The notes under the pieces are model-generated. The model was not told the origin of the DNA, did no database searches, and saw nothing but the letters and a program-made list of their open reading frames with translations. A DNA stretch of 64,000 nt from the human T2T-CHM13v2.0 reference genome, Homo sapiens. The translations under genes and the position numbers were made by a program. The stretch lies in NCBI RefSeq assembly GCF_009914755.1, contig NC_060927.1. One strand, 5' to 3'. This document shows, one piece after another, positions 16,461 through 28,786 of this stretch. How positions within the stretch are numbered: position 1 is the first letter of the stretch; every line of letters starts with the position of its first letter.

Positions 16461-19033
16461 TAAATAACATTTAATTAATAAGGTCACATGTACCTTTTAA
16501 ATTAGTATTTATAATAAGGCTACTGCTTTCTCTTCTGCATAATCTTGTATATCTTTCCTCTTCTTTTCTTTTGAAATGAGGAGAACCAGATATGGAGTCC
16601 TAAGTAGATCAAGCCCTAGGCTTAATTTCACTCTACTAGACTACTACCAAATATGTACTGGTAAGCTGCAGACCAGCATAATTTATTCTCTAGTGGGCAA
16701 CTATGACAACCCTTCCATTCAAAGAAGAACAGCTGAAGAGTTTTGAATTCATGTATTCCCAGAGGGCTTCATTTAAATCACCTATGAAATTTGTCTTTCC
16801 ATCCAAGAGAGCCCAAAAAAGATGTGTGGGCAGAGTGGAGGAAGGTACAATAACAACAATGAATTAAAGAGTAGTTTCACAGAAATATCCAAGCCTTGGG
16901 AGAGGGGGCATCTCTAATCCCAAGCAAGATCCTAGATAAAATAATTGGCTTGTGGACACTGATAAATTACCACTATTTTAAAGCTTGGCCAGCAATCTTT
17001 TTTTTTTTTCCTTTTGTGGATTTTGACTCAAAAAAAATTAATCAAAGCTTGTGTAGAAGTAAAAAGCAATTTTATTTCATTTTTTAAAACAAACTGAAAT
17101 ATGAAATGTTCCCCTTACGAAACCTTTGCTAATTCAAGAGACAACATAAGATTCTATTAGGCAAATAATAAACGTGTTTATCTTCTTTTATATTCTCATG
17201 AAGTAGCACTGTGAAACAAGGCAGAGGAGAAGAGAAATAGCTACACACACAAAAGGGAGATATAATTATGCAGAGCTGCACTTCTGGAAATTCTGAAATG
17301 CTAGTCTTTAGTTGGAGGGATGTTATTCTCTTACCAACTAACTGTCCCTTAACATTAGAACTGGAGGCAGATGCCAACCTTTTCAGCTTTCTTGGACCTC
17401 CTGTTCTTTTCACACTGGTTTTTGCTTTTAACTGGACACTTTAGATGTTTCTTTCTAAAAAGTTCCTTCTTTCATAAAGTCCTTAAGATTTCACATGACA
17501 AGGATTCATTTAAGTTTTAGAAATTTCCTTTTTACTATTAAGATGCTAGACTCTTTTGATGTTTGAAAGCCAGCCAATTGCTAAATATTTTGATCATCTT
17601 CCATTATGAAGTGAGAAAAATTATAGCAAGTGCAAAGAAAATTGGCACTTGGGCATATTAGTCTATTAGCAAGACCATTTCTCACTTAATGGTGTTTTAT
17701 GGGTTGGAGTAAGTCTGCTCCCTCTCGCCCCCAAAATACTCTTTAATAGCACAAATTTGGATCAATTTAATTGACCTGCATTCTGCCAAGGCACCCCACT
17801 CACACCTTTGTACCTGCAGAACTACAAATGTAGTGTTTATTACTCATATCCAAAAACCTAAACAGAACAAAACAAAATAAAGTGATTTAAAAATGATAAA
17901 TCATGAAAAATCTAAGAAGCAACAATAAATACCTAGGATTCTGGATCACCAATTCTAGTCAATCCAAGATGATACCAGAACATGACAGACCTGGCTTCCA
18001 CTACAGCCCTGGGGGTTTTGTGTCATTAAAACACTAAAGACCCAGAGCAAATTTTAGACATGACGGGACTTGTGACAACTGGTGTTTAGTAGAAGAGGCC
18101 TACTGAATACTGAGACTTCACAAGTGAAAAAAAAGTGCTCATAAAATAAAAAATCATCATTACTGAAACTTCCCTCCACTGACTTCCTCTTAAAGAATGG
18201 CATAAGTGACAGCTATAAGTCATGAAGAAGTGAGCAAACAACATGTATCCCTAGGGAGAGAAACAGAAGACTAGCACTTACATTGCGGGGGCTACTTGAG
18301 AAACTGGTTTCTGAGCTGCCTGAATCTATACACTGACAGAAAAGGGAACCAGGTTGAGGGCCACTGAGAACAAAAGCAAAGGTCTGGACTAGTACCACAC
18401 TCACTGGCCAGTGTGCCTCCCCCAGGCTCAGCAAGGAAGAGAAACCCCCAACTTTCTGCCTGGGGAGAGAAAGAAGGGAAACACGGTCCAATGTTCTAGC
18501 TTTTCCAAGAGCTGGCCAGAGGACTGGCTTCTGTCTCACCCCACTAAGCATGAACCCTGCATGTTCTAGGTGACTGGGGACTGCTAAGAATAAAAAAAAG
18601 CTGGGTTGCTTGCTACTGATCCACAGGACCCATAGAGCAGACAGAGGCTGATATAGCTCTGCGGCTTATCTTGGGAGGGGAGGCTGGGAGAGAATAGTGG
18701 AGTGTGTGACCAACATTTGAACTTTTCAAAGGACTGCCTAAGGGAATGGTTTCTGTCTCACTCAACTTGGGGTGCTTTGGATCAGCATACTTTAGATGCT
18801 TGAGGGCAGCTGAAAACAAAAAAAGAGGCTGATGGCTTACAGCAACTCTGGAGAACCTGCAATACCATGGACAGACACATGAGAGAGAAAAACAGCAGCT
18901 AATGAAAAAACTGACCAAATCTCTCGGCTTGGAAATTTATAATCACAAGTCCAGGGAAGACACATCCACAGAAAAGGCTTACGAAGCCCCTAGAATCTGC
19001 AGTCAAGCTGACTAGTAAAGATCTTTCTCTATA

Positions 19034-19759
19034 TGGTAGTGCCCCCTTATACACAGGCGAGACATTCCATAAAGCGCAGTGGATGCCTAAAACCACAGGT
19101 AGTACTGAATCCTATTTATACTATGTTTTTTCCTATACATACTTACCTATGATAAAGTTTAATTTATTAATAAGACACAGTAAGAGATTAGGAACAATAA
19201 CAATAACATAGAATTAAAACAATATACTATAACAAAAGTTATGTAAATGTGGTCTTTCTCTCAAAATATCTTGTGCTGTACTGTAGATGGTACTGTAGAT
19301 CTTAGCAACCTCAGCATACAATTTTCTTTCCTTTCCTTGTTAAGAACTTTCACCTTTTCACTTAAAGGAAGCATTTTATGGTTTCTCTTTGTCATATCCG
19401 AATTGCCAGCATCATTACTCTTGTGCTTTGGGGCTACTATTAAGTAAAATAAGCGCTACTTGACACAATTACTGTGTTCTGCAACACAGTGACAATTACT
19501 GCCATGCTGCAACAGTCAATCTGGTAACCAGGATGGTCACTAAACGATTAACGGTAGATAGCATATGTAACATCAACACACTTGACAAAGGGATGATTCC
19601 CATCCTGGGCAGGACGGCACAAGATTTCATCAGTGCTTTACTTAGAACAGAGTGCAATTTAAAACTTATGAATTATTTATTTCCAGAATTTCCCATTTAG
19701 TATTTTCAGAATGCAGTTGACCACAGGTAACTGAAATCACAGATAAGGGGGGACTACAG
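19034..19759. mobile_element. MER44/Tigger7-like element
   Basis: Inverted termini GTAGTGCCCCCTTAT ... GATAAGGGGGGACTACAG|TA. Confidence 0.75.
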
Positions 19760-19859
19760 TACAAAGCCAGTCTGTAACAAAGCCACTGTGAGGGAGTGAG
19801 GCCCTGTCTCCCAAACAAAACAAAACAAAAACAACGTTATTAGCTATGTCACAAAATAA

Positions 19860-21125
19860 AGGAAGAAAATCATATGAGCATCTCCATAACTGCAGAAAAT
19901 ACTTGACAAAATTCAACACCCATTCATGATTTAAAAAAAAAAATCCTCTCGCCTAACCAGGGGTAGAGAAGTGCCTCAACTTGGTAGGTTTATGAAAACA
20001 TATTAAGAATATAAAAAAAACTTACAGCTAACATCATACTTAATGGTAAAAGACTGAATGCTTTCCCCAAAAAATTAAGAGTAAGGACAGGATGTCCCTC
20101 CACACCACTTTCAACACTGTAGTTGAGGTACCAGCCTGTGTAACAAAAAGAAACATAAAGGCATATAGATCAGAAAGGAATGAGTAAAACTGTCTTTATC
20201 CACAAATGACATGATTGTGTATGCAAAAATTTCTAAGGAATCAACAAAAAAGATGCTGGAATTAAAGTGAATTTACTGCAGTCAGAAGACGAAAGGTCAA
20301 TATAAGTTATATTTCTTTGTGCAAGGTCTGTGCAATGAAAATCAAACAACACTGTTGAGAGAAATAAAGATAGAGAAGTGTATCATATTCATACACTGAA
20401 GACTCGGCATTGTTAAGATGTCAATTCTCCCAAACTGATCTCTAGATTCAATACAATTCCAGTGAACATCCCAGCAGGCTTTTGGTAGAAATTGACAACC
20501 TGATTTTAAGTTATACATGGAAATGCATTTAAAATGCAACGATCCTAAAAAAAACGAAGAAAAAAAAGTTGGAGGACTTACAATGCCTGACTTCAAGACT
20601 TACTACAAAGCCACAGTAATCAAGATAGTGTGGTACTGGCACAAGGATAGACATATATGAGTCTAGCATATAAGCATTTTAAAATATTGTACCTTGAGGT
20701 ATTTACTGCAATAGGGGTTATCCTATCATTGTTCAGGAGTTAGACAAACAGTTTACAGATTATTTAGGTTCATGCTCTTTCCTGTTCTCTATTTTCAAGT
20801 TGATTTATCTTGGAAAGCTAAAGCAACAGTAAACTTAGGCCTAAACAATTGGTTTTAGTGGGCAGTAGTTTTGGTGAAAAACTACTAAGTTTCTAAGATC
20901 AATGGAATAGAAGAGTCCAGAAATAGACTACAGATGGCTAGCTGAGGTCATACTGACTGAGATGGGGAGAAATTTATCAGATAATGAAAATGTTCAGTAT
21001 CTTAATTGCAGTAGTAACACAGCATACACATTTGTCAAAATTCATGAACACTTTTATACCTTAATGTGCACTTAAAATGGATGTATTTTATTGTATGTAA
21101 ATTACACCCAAATAAAGATGATGTT
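19860..21125 (+). mobile_element. Decayed L1M ORF2/3' fragments, interrupted at 20658-20896
   Basis: TTGACAAAATTCAACACCCATTCATGAT; ACAGCTAACATCATACTTAATGGT; GACTTCAAGACTTACTACAAAGC; TGTGGTACTGGC. Confidence 0.85.
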
Positions 21126-21590
21126 AAAATATATTTTAAAACAATCTCCAAAACTTATCTTGGTTTTTAATGTGAATCTTGTCTGGAAGAAAACTAACAT
21201 TGTTAAGGACTCATAATGTGCCGGACAGTGAGTTCTGCACATTTAATTCTCACAAACATTTTCTAAAGTAGTAAATTCTCACCCGATTTTCAAGAGTCAA
21301 GCCCAAGGGCATCTGCAATGCCCGTGCTGCCGTCACTGCTACCCTCTTACTATGTCTTCTCCACAGAAACTTTTCCACCAAAGCTACTACCAACTAAAAC
21401 CAATTTCTTAGGCCTAAGTTGACTGTTTTTAACTTTCCAAGATAAATCAACTTGAAAATAGAGGACAAGAAAGATCATGAACCTGAATAACCCATAAACT
21501 GTATGTCTAGCTCCTCAACAATGATAGGGTAACCCCTATGCACTAAATATCTTAAGGTACGATATTTTTAAATGCTTATATACTAGACTC
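20659..21590. repeat. Long inverted repeat: arms 20659-20894 and 21365-21590, 470 bp spacer
   Basis: By-hand alignment of arm 1 to the reverse complement of arm 2: about 25 substitutions and 3 small indels in ~225 bp, with a 31 bp perfect core. Confidence 0.95.
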
Positions 21591-22101
21591 TTAAAGAGAA
21601 GTACAAACAAATTCCAACATGAGTCTTTCCAGCGTCACATAGCAGTTAAGGTATAAAACTGTCTGTAATAAAGTCAGTGGTAGAATTCTCCCACTGGGGC
21701 AATATTCTTATTGTTACAGATTTTTAAACTTTGAAATTCTATATCAAGTACTACTTGGTGGAACCACCTATCTGTTATCCTGTTAAAAACAAAAATTCTG
21801 AAACTTAACGTCAAAAAACACTTGGCAAATAAAGAACCACTTATTGTGACCAAAAATTTTACTGCCATAAATGCTATAAGAATCATAAAAATATCAAAGA
21901 GGAACGAGGTAGAAAATATAGAAGCCTTGTAAAAACCTTCAATATTCAAGAGGAAGGCAGTGAAAAAGACCTTCTGAAAAACTACAAGATAGAAGAGCTA
22001 AAGGTGAAACATAAATATGTGCACATATCTTTGGTGTTAAATTAACACTACCTCATGTAAAAATCGCAATTTACTAACTCACAGGAACAAAACATACTTA
22101 C

Positions 22102-22183
22102 AGTTATGTGAACACTGAGGTATTATCATTGCAATGTTGAAATACTCGAAGCAAATTCCACACCGCAGCAAATCATCTATTGT
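22102..22183 (-). CDS. RAD18: RAD18 exon 2, first half of RING finger (TIDDLLRCGICFEYFNIAMIIPQCSHN)
   Basis: 82 nt; acceptor TTTCAG|ACA, donor T|GTAAGT; C-x2-C and C-x-H RING ligands; phase 0 to 1. Confidence 0.96.
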
Positions 22184-22966
22184 CTGAAATGCAAATATGC
22201 ATATATACATATCAGAAAGACATCAAAATTGGAAGTCCTGTCACAAAACTTTTTCTCTATCCCCTAAAAAAAAAATCAAACTCTTTGTCAAATACACAAA
22301 TTCAAAAGCTAACTCCAGATAAACTGCAAGGGATCTTGACAAATAAATAAAAACTTCTCTCATATGACTCTTATACATTCAGTCTCAGGTTGCCCAAATT
22401 GCTTTAGACAGCTAAAGATGATGGCACACCGATTCTTGTGCCATATTGTCATCCCTTCACATAAGGGCTACTGTACTTCTGTTCCACTTCTAATGCGCTT
22501 CCAGCTCTTACTCCAAGCCTCCTCCTCTTCAGACTCCAACACCTAGCCTATAGTCACTATTGGGTGAAAGGTGGCCATTGCCACCACACAAGTTAAGAAT
22601 CAAATCAAAGAATGTTAAAGCCAAACTCCAGAAACTGTCTAGTCAAAAGAGGAAACTGGTATCAAAAGCAGGCACACAATAGTAGGCATCAGTCAAGCCA
22701 AGACCAAAATTCCTGTCTCCCGTCTGGCAGTCCAGTGCTTTCGGCATGGTACTACACATGCAGCCAAATGAGGAAGCCTGGAAAGAGCTGGGGCAGTGAA
22801 AGCAGAGGAAGGGAAAGTGGACAACTTGGAAAGAGAGATGTGTGCCAACCTGGAATGCAATCCAAACAGGAACGGAACTACTCTGGCAACCTAAAATCTT
22901 TCAAATTGTTTAAAATAAAATATTATTCCATTCAACAGAAATATTTTTTAAAAGGAGGAAGCTCTC

Positions 22967-23079
22967 GACGGGAGGATCGCTTGAGTCCAGGAGGCGTAGG
23001 TTGCAGTGAGCCCACATCGCACCACTATACTCCAGCCTGCATGACCGAGTGAAACTGTCTCAAAAAAAAAAAAAAAAAA
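22967..23079 (+). mobile_element. 5'-truncated Alu with TSD
   Basis: Right-arm fragment plus poly-A; flanking repeat GAGGAAGCTCTC on both sides. Confidence 0.85.
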
Positions 23080-23212
23080 GAGGAAGCTCTCCATCATACT
23101 GATATGAAAAGATTGCCAAGATAAGTGAAAAAAGGAAATAAGGTATAGACAGTACATATACTATGCTACGGTTTGTTTAAAAGGAAGAGGTGAGTAAGAA
23201 TGTATTCTAATA

Positions 23213-23507
23213 GGCCTAGCATGGTGGCTCTGTAATCCTAGCACTTTGGGAGGCCAAGGCAGGAGAACTGCTTGAGTCCAGGAGTTTGAGACCAGCCTGG
23301 CAAAATAACAAAAATCCATGTCTATAAAAAATTTAAAAATTCGTTGGGAGTAGTGGCGCATGCCTGTAGTCCCAGCTACTCAGGAGGCTGAGGCGGAAGG
23401 ATTGCTTTAGCCCAGGAGTTCAAGGCTGCAGTGAGCCGTGATTGCCACTGCATTCCAGTCTGGGCGACAGTGAGACCCTATCTCAAAAAAGAAAAAAAGG
23501 AAAAAAG
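23213..23507 (+). mobile_element. AluJ
   Basis: Full dimer with J-type GCCCAGGAGTTCAAGGCTGCAGTGAGC and A-tail. Confidence 0.9.
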
Positions 23508-25169
23508 AATGCATTCTATTTTCATTGTAAATGTAAATAATGAGAAGATAAACAAGAAGTCATAAATAATGATCAGGGCCAGGAACATGGTAAGAAGGAG
23601 ACTTTTACTTTTTATTTTATGTGTATTTTGAACCATGTGAACCTATTACCTGAATTTTAAAAATGTAAACAAAAAAGGACTAATGTCGCTAATGGTCCAT
23701 ATGATGAAATATTATGCAGCCATTAAAAAACATGCTTTCAAAGAATAATTAATGCCCTAGGAAAATAAAAATCAGAAAACAAACCTATGCCAATAATACA
23801 TAATAATAACAACTCTGTAGTTTAATCTTCATAGCAATCTTATGAAGTCCACAGCATCAGTATCCCAATTTTAAAAATAAAGTCTACAGAGTTCCTAAGT
23901 TGGCTGGATCAAACCCAAGAAGTTGACTCCACAGTGATCCCAAATTTTAAATGCACAAAAACCAAAGGAAAATAAGGTAAAATGTTAAACACTGGTTCTC
24001 TGGGTGGTAGAATTATGGATGGTTTTATTTTTCTCCTTTATCTTATTCTGAATTTTAATTTTTTTCTACCGTGTACACATATTACATTTACAATATGCCA
24101 AAAACAGTAAATTTTTGTTAAAGTAAAACCAGGGAAATAATAAAATGCCAAAATCTTCCATTATTGTGGATGGTAAGCTGTCACAGACACAAAAATCTAA
24201 AGGGTTATGTTCAAGATCAATTAAGAGCAGAGGCAGGCCCAGAAGCCAGAACCAGTCTATTATATCACACTTTCTTATCTATGCCATCCTCTTCTGGTGG
24301 AGGAATGATTCTGAAAGATCTGCAGAGCACAATTGTGGAAGTTGACACTACATCAGATGAGCCATTTCTGGTTCAAATTTCTTGTCATGTCATTCCAAGA
24401 CAGTAACATGCATATCACATGCGCCTCAACCAACTAAACAAAAAATGATGCCTGAATAGAGAGTGGTCAGCAGACTCCCCAAAATTTCTTTAGTTTAGAG
24501 AGAGAGAAAGTGAAAGGGAGAAGTAGAAAATGGGTGGAAAAACGTAATAATTACAAAAATACTCTTAAGTTTTTGGGGTTACAGATCCCTTTGAAAAATG
24601 GATGACAACTATGGACTCTCTGCTCAGAAAAACATACATGCAAAAATTTTACAAATAACTTGAGACTCCAAAGTCTTTCTGTGAATCCTAAGTTAGCAAC
24701 CATGGATTCTGAGTCAGACTTCTATTCAATAAAAGAAGTAACTTCAGTCAGATCTGCTTCTGGGATCTGATAGTTCTTTGTGCCTGGAAGAGTTCAAGCA
24801 AAAATTAGGTGAGAAATTGGCAGATGTGTTATAAAGGAGATTAAAATACTGAAAGGGGCTGGTTTTCTAACCTTAAGATTCCATGATTCCAATGTGAGCA
24901 AAAAAATACGGGCTCAATCAACTCTCTGGTTGAACACTCACTGAACGCTCTGTGGTGCCAAACTCTACATTCAGTGCTGTGGTGAGATACCAAAGTCAGA
25001 GAAGACATGGAACCCGCCTCTAAAGAACACTGAAATTGTGGGAATATGTAAAGTGTGCTTAAATCTACAAAGCAGGAGCTTTACAGGTTACAGAGCTCTT
25101 TTACTTTCCTTATCCAAGTCAAGCTTCATGACAACAAATTAAAAGGGGAAAGAAGCACTTAACACAGTG

Positions 25170-25480
25170 CTAATAATAATAAAATATATTCATTGAATGC
25201 TTACTACATTCCAGATACTTTCAATCAAGCAGCAAATAATATTTGAGCACCCACTTGGTGTCAGGCACTGCAGTAAGCACAGTGAATACACGGCAGAATC
25301 TGTGCCCACATACATCAACTAATTTATTTAATCAATCCTATGAACTGTTATTTTTGTCTCTAATTTATAGTTGAAGAAATTCAGGCTCAGAGAGGTTAAG
25401 TTACTAACCGAAGGTCATACAGTCAAGAGGCAGACAGGAGATTTCACCCAGGACCACTGGAACTCAAATCTGTGCTCTTC
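25170..25480. mobile_element. MIR with nested L2 fragment
   Basis: AGGCTCAGAGAGGTTAAGTTACT...AAGGTCATACAG MIR core; CAAATAATATTTGAGCACCCACT...CAGGCACTG L2 end. Confidence 0.6.
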
Positions 25481-26349
25481 TCCACTGCATCCTGGTGCCA
25501 AGCCCACAACTCCAAAACTACAGCTTTCCTGGATCATTTCACAATGTCAGCTTCTCATCATGCAGATATCTCAAGTCCCCAAGCACTCTAGACGTCACTG
25601 ATGACAGCAGGAAGAACAAGGCCTTCTACTTACTTTAGCCTTCACTTAATTCTAAAGTCAAATTTATGAGTCAGTGGGACAGGTATTATAATCCCCAAGT
25701 CTACAAAACTGAGGGAGAAGAAGGCTATCTTAGCCACTGTGAGAAACGGAAATAATCACAGAGCAAGAAGAAACACCAAGCAACTGATCTTTATCCAGCA
25801 CAGCAAAGTGCATCTGCTCTTGAGCAAATCCAGGGCCCACCACTACTGTAAATGGAAACTGGTATGCCTTGCCAAAACAGAAAGTGGCCACAAAAATAAA
25901 TGTTATTTAAGTGAAATAATCAGATGCAATGCAAGATCAGCGCTGAGCCTGAGTCCTGATCTCTGTTTAAGAGACATGAGCAATTGTTAGAGAAGAGTGA
26001 AGGTGTGTTAGAGAGGAGTTGGGGCAGTATGTCAGAACAAACGAGCACTACGTTTATTGAGAATAATCAGAAGAAATGAAAGAGCCTGTAAAGGAGACTA
26101 CCTGCTTGGCTACGTGATTACATACATGTTATCTGATAAAGTGTCCACCCAAAATCATGTCCGGTGTCACTGTTTAGTGCTTGACACAAAGTAAGCTTTC
26201 AGTAAAGAACAGCTGTCGATGTCATTGTTTGGAATAACTGTTTTTCTCCATGTTATTGTTGGGATTGGATCGCAGAATAGCTGGTGCCATAAGACTGCCA
26301 ACCTCAGCTCACCAGGCTTGTCCTTGTCACTTATCAGAGGAGTAAACTG

Positions 26350-26920
26350 AGACCCAGAGCCACGCGGTCGGCTAGTGGCAGGGCAGAGCCGGATACCCGG
26401 GCCCAGTGCGACGCTCGCGCCTCATCCTTTCTCCTTAAGGCGAGGACATCCTCCTCAAAGGGAGGGACCTCCCCCCGCAGACACCCGGGAGCTCCCAAAC
26501 TCCCCGAAGCACTCACCTTCATGACTGCCAGGCCCGGAGGCCACCGAGACTCGGCCAGGGAGTCCATGGTCGCTCTCGAGGATGCTGGGGGTCAGCCACC
26601 CACTAGCCTCCGGCGCTCCAACACCACTCGAAATTCCCCGCGCTACCGCATTACGTCAGCAGCCCGCGACGCGCCAGAGGCGGGCGCGGAGCCTGCCGGA
26701 AGTTGTAGTAGTATGTGGGCGGGGCGCCGCTTAAGGGCTTGTACTGCGCATGCGCCAGGCTTCTGCCGCACTTACCTTGAAGAAAGTGAATGGTTAAAAA
26801 GCGTAGAGCCAGTTGAATATTAAGAAAAGATAGCCAGGAATCAAACCAAATCCAGACCTCACCAGATCTGTCAAGGTCTAGGCTCATGACCCCCCTCCGG
26901 GTCGCCCACCCTAATCGCAG
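26350..26920 (-). promoter_or_regulatory. RAD18: RAD18 CpG-island promoter and 5'UTR
   Basis: High GC/CpG; CRE-like TTACGTCA 26651-58; ETS CCGGAAGT 26696-703 overlapping a ZNF143/THAP11-like ACTACAnnTTCC motif (minus); GC box 26717-25; NRF1 TGCGCATGCGC 26745-55; no TATA seen. Confidence 0.9.
26517..26567 (-). CDS. RAD18: RAD18 coding exon 1 (MDSLAESRWPPGLAVMK), E3 ubiquitin ligase RAD18
   Basis: ATG at 26567; 51 nt ending AAG|GTGAGT donor; matches the RAD18 N-terminus; lies in a CpG island. Confidence 0.97.
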
Positions 26921-27208
26921 TGACTATCCGTCCTTGCTCTGAACAGAAGTTTTTATATCCATTACTTTATGTCTCCCGTATCACAACACTGGGAGGTAGA
27001 TGTTATCATTGTCAGTTTACACAAGAGAAGCCTACGCCCGAAAAAGTGGATAGAGTTTCGAGTCAGATTCCAAACAGGACCTCTGGGCTTTAAATGGGAG
27101 CTGTTGCTTTTATTCATATTAAAATTTTAATGCACGGTTTTTCTTTTTCTTCGGAGAGAAGCACCATTAACTTTGGCATATAGCCTTCTAGATATTTCCT
27201 ATGCAGAT

Positions 27209-27662
27209 TGACGAAGATTCTTTGCTTGAGCAAACTTTAGTCAGGCTCCTGAACCTTCTCCTAGGCCAATCTGTGTACTTCCTGTAAAAATCCAGTTTTA
27301 GCAAAAAACCCTGCTAAATCAAGTTACCAAGAATCCCCACCTTTGATATGTGATCACTCTGGATATCTGATGTGTTCCTCATCCTCCACCATCCCCCAGT
27401 TGATGTCTGATCACCCTGGCCTCTTCAGCAAGAATCTACTGTTACCTCTGATGTTTCCTCTTAGTAATTTTTCATGCACTGCTCCCCACCCTGCTTCCTG
27501 GCTATAAATTTCCATTTGCCCATGTTGTATTCAGAGTTGAGCCCAGTTTTCACCAATTGCAAGACACAGTTCCAGTGGTCTCTATACCTACTTGAATTGT
27601 CCTGATTAAGTCTTCCTTATTGTGCTTTAACAAGTATCATTGAACAATTTTTTTCTTAAACG
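27209..27662 (+). mobile_element. ERV1 solo LTR (MER31-like)
   Basis: TGACGAAGATTCTTTGCTTGAGCAAACTTTAGTCAGGCTCCTGAACC start; TATAAA at 27503; AGAT on both flanks as a 4 bp TSD. Confidence 0.75.
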
Positions 27663-28599
27663 AGATATAAATATAGATACTTTTTTTCATACATGTTATA
27701 TTAAATGCATGAGGAATGGAGGTTTACGGTGTCCACCCCCGCCCCCCACTTTGTATCAGCCAATCATAGAACGGCATGCAAATGAACGCAAATGAATGCC
27801 AGGCTGAGCTGGAAAATGTCGGATAGTTCTGGATGTGGAGGAAGTGGGGTCTTGGAGAGACAAAGGAAAAGCATTTAAGACCAGGTCCGTGGCCTGAGTG
27901 AACCAGTAATTGTTTTTTTCACACTACTAGTTGGACAAGGTAATTAGGTTTAAGGTGACAAATGGCTGGGAAGGTGAGAGAGGAAGAGAGAGGAGATGAG
28001 AAAAAAGAGAAAGAATGGGTAAGGAGAAAGGGAGAGAGAGAAAAGACAGGGACAGGAATGTACTTTTTGCATTCAACCATGGAGACAGATTTGGAAGGAG
28101 GCAGTACTTGTTAGTCCTGGGGCCAAAATTCATTTCCCTATCTATGGAGAGCCTCCAGGACAGGATGCGGTGCCATTCATCTCTGAGTGTCTGCCAATAG
28201 CTGGTGGGTGAGGCTGAATGAATGGATGAATCACCGACTAAGCCCACATTCCCATAAATCTTTTCCTCCCAGGCTGAGCATTTCTCTTCCTGCCATCTTC
28301 AGCAGCACCAGGGTGATAGGTCCCATCAAGCCCACCTCTAGGCCCAGGAAGGAAAGTTCAAGAACAAGCGCACTTTGAGCTCAGGAAAAGGCGTTTGTCT
28401 TGGGTGTTTATCTAACCCTGGGAGCCATTCTCCTCTTAACAAGCTGCTGTTTGTATGGACTTTCTCCTTCTGTTAGATCAATAAAGAGATTGTACTTCCT
28501 TATTCAGGACTAAAAACAAAATGTTCCATGTAAAATAAAAGCAGGCTAGTGTTTAGTGGAATCTTCTGTGGCACATAGCACACAGCGAGGAGCCAGAAT

Positions 28600-28786
28600 A
28601 GGATGGCCAGATAAAATACAAGTTGCCCAGTAAATCTGAATTTCAGATGAACCGCACACAACATTTTAGTGTAAACCTGCCCCAAATATTGCACACAACC
28701 TATTAACCAATTATTTGTTGTTTAACCAGAAATTCAAATATTTAACTGGGCATCCTGTATTTTTATTTGCCAAATCTGACAACCCT
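28600..28786. mobile_element. MER53-like palindromic hAT MITE
   Basis: AGGATGGCCAGATAAAATACA...CCCAGTAAATCTGAATTTC vs GAAATTCAAAT..TTAACTGGGCATCCTGTATTTT...ATCTGACAACCCT inverted arms. Confidence 0.75.

Noticed and set aside
17129-17700. Lys-rich short frames that might be a decayed transposase or pseudogene
   Set aside because: No recognisable family in any frame by eye; a tblastx/Dfam search would be needed
26334-26516. Extension of the RAD18 exon 1 ORF to 77 aa
   Set aside because: Read-through into intron 1 past a consensus GTGAGT donor
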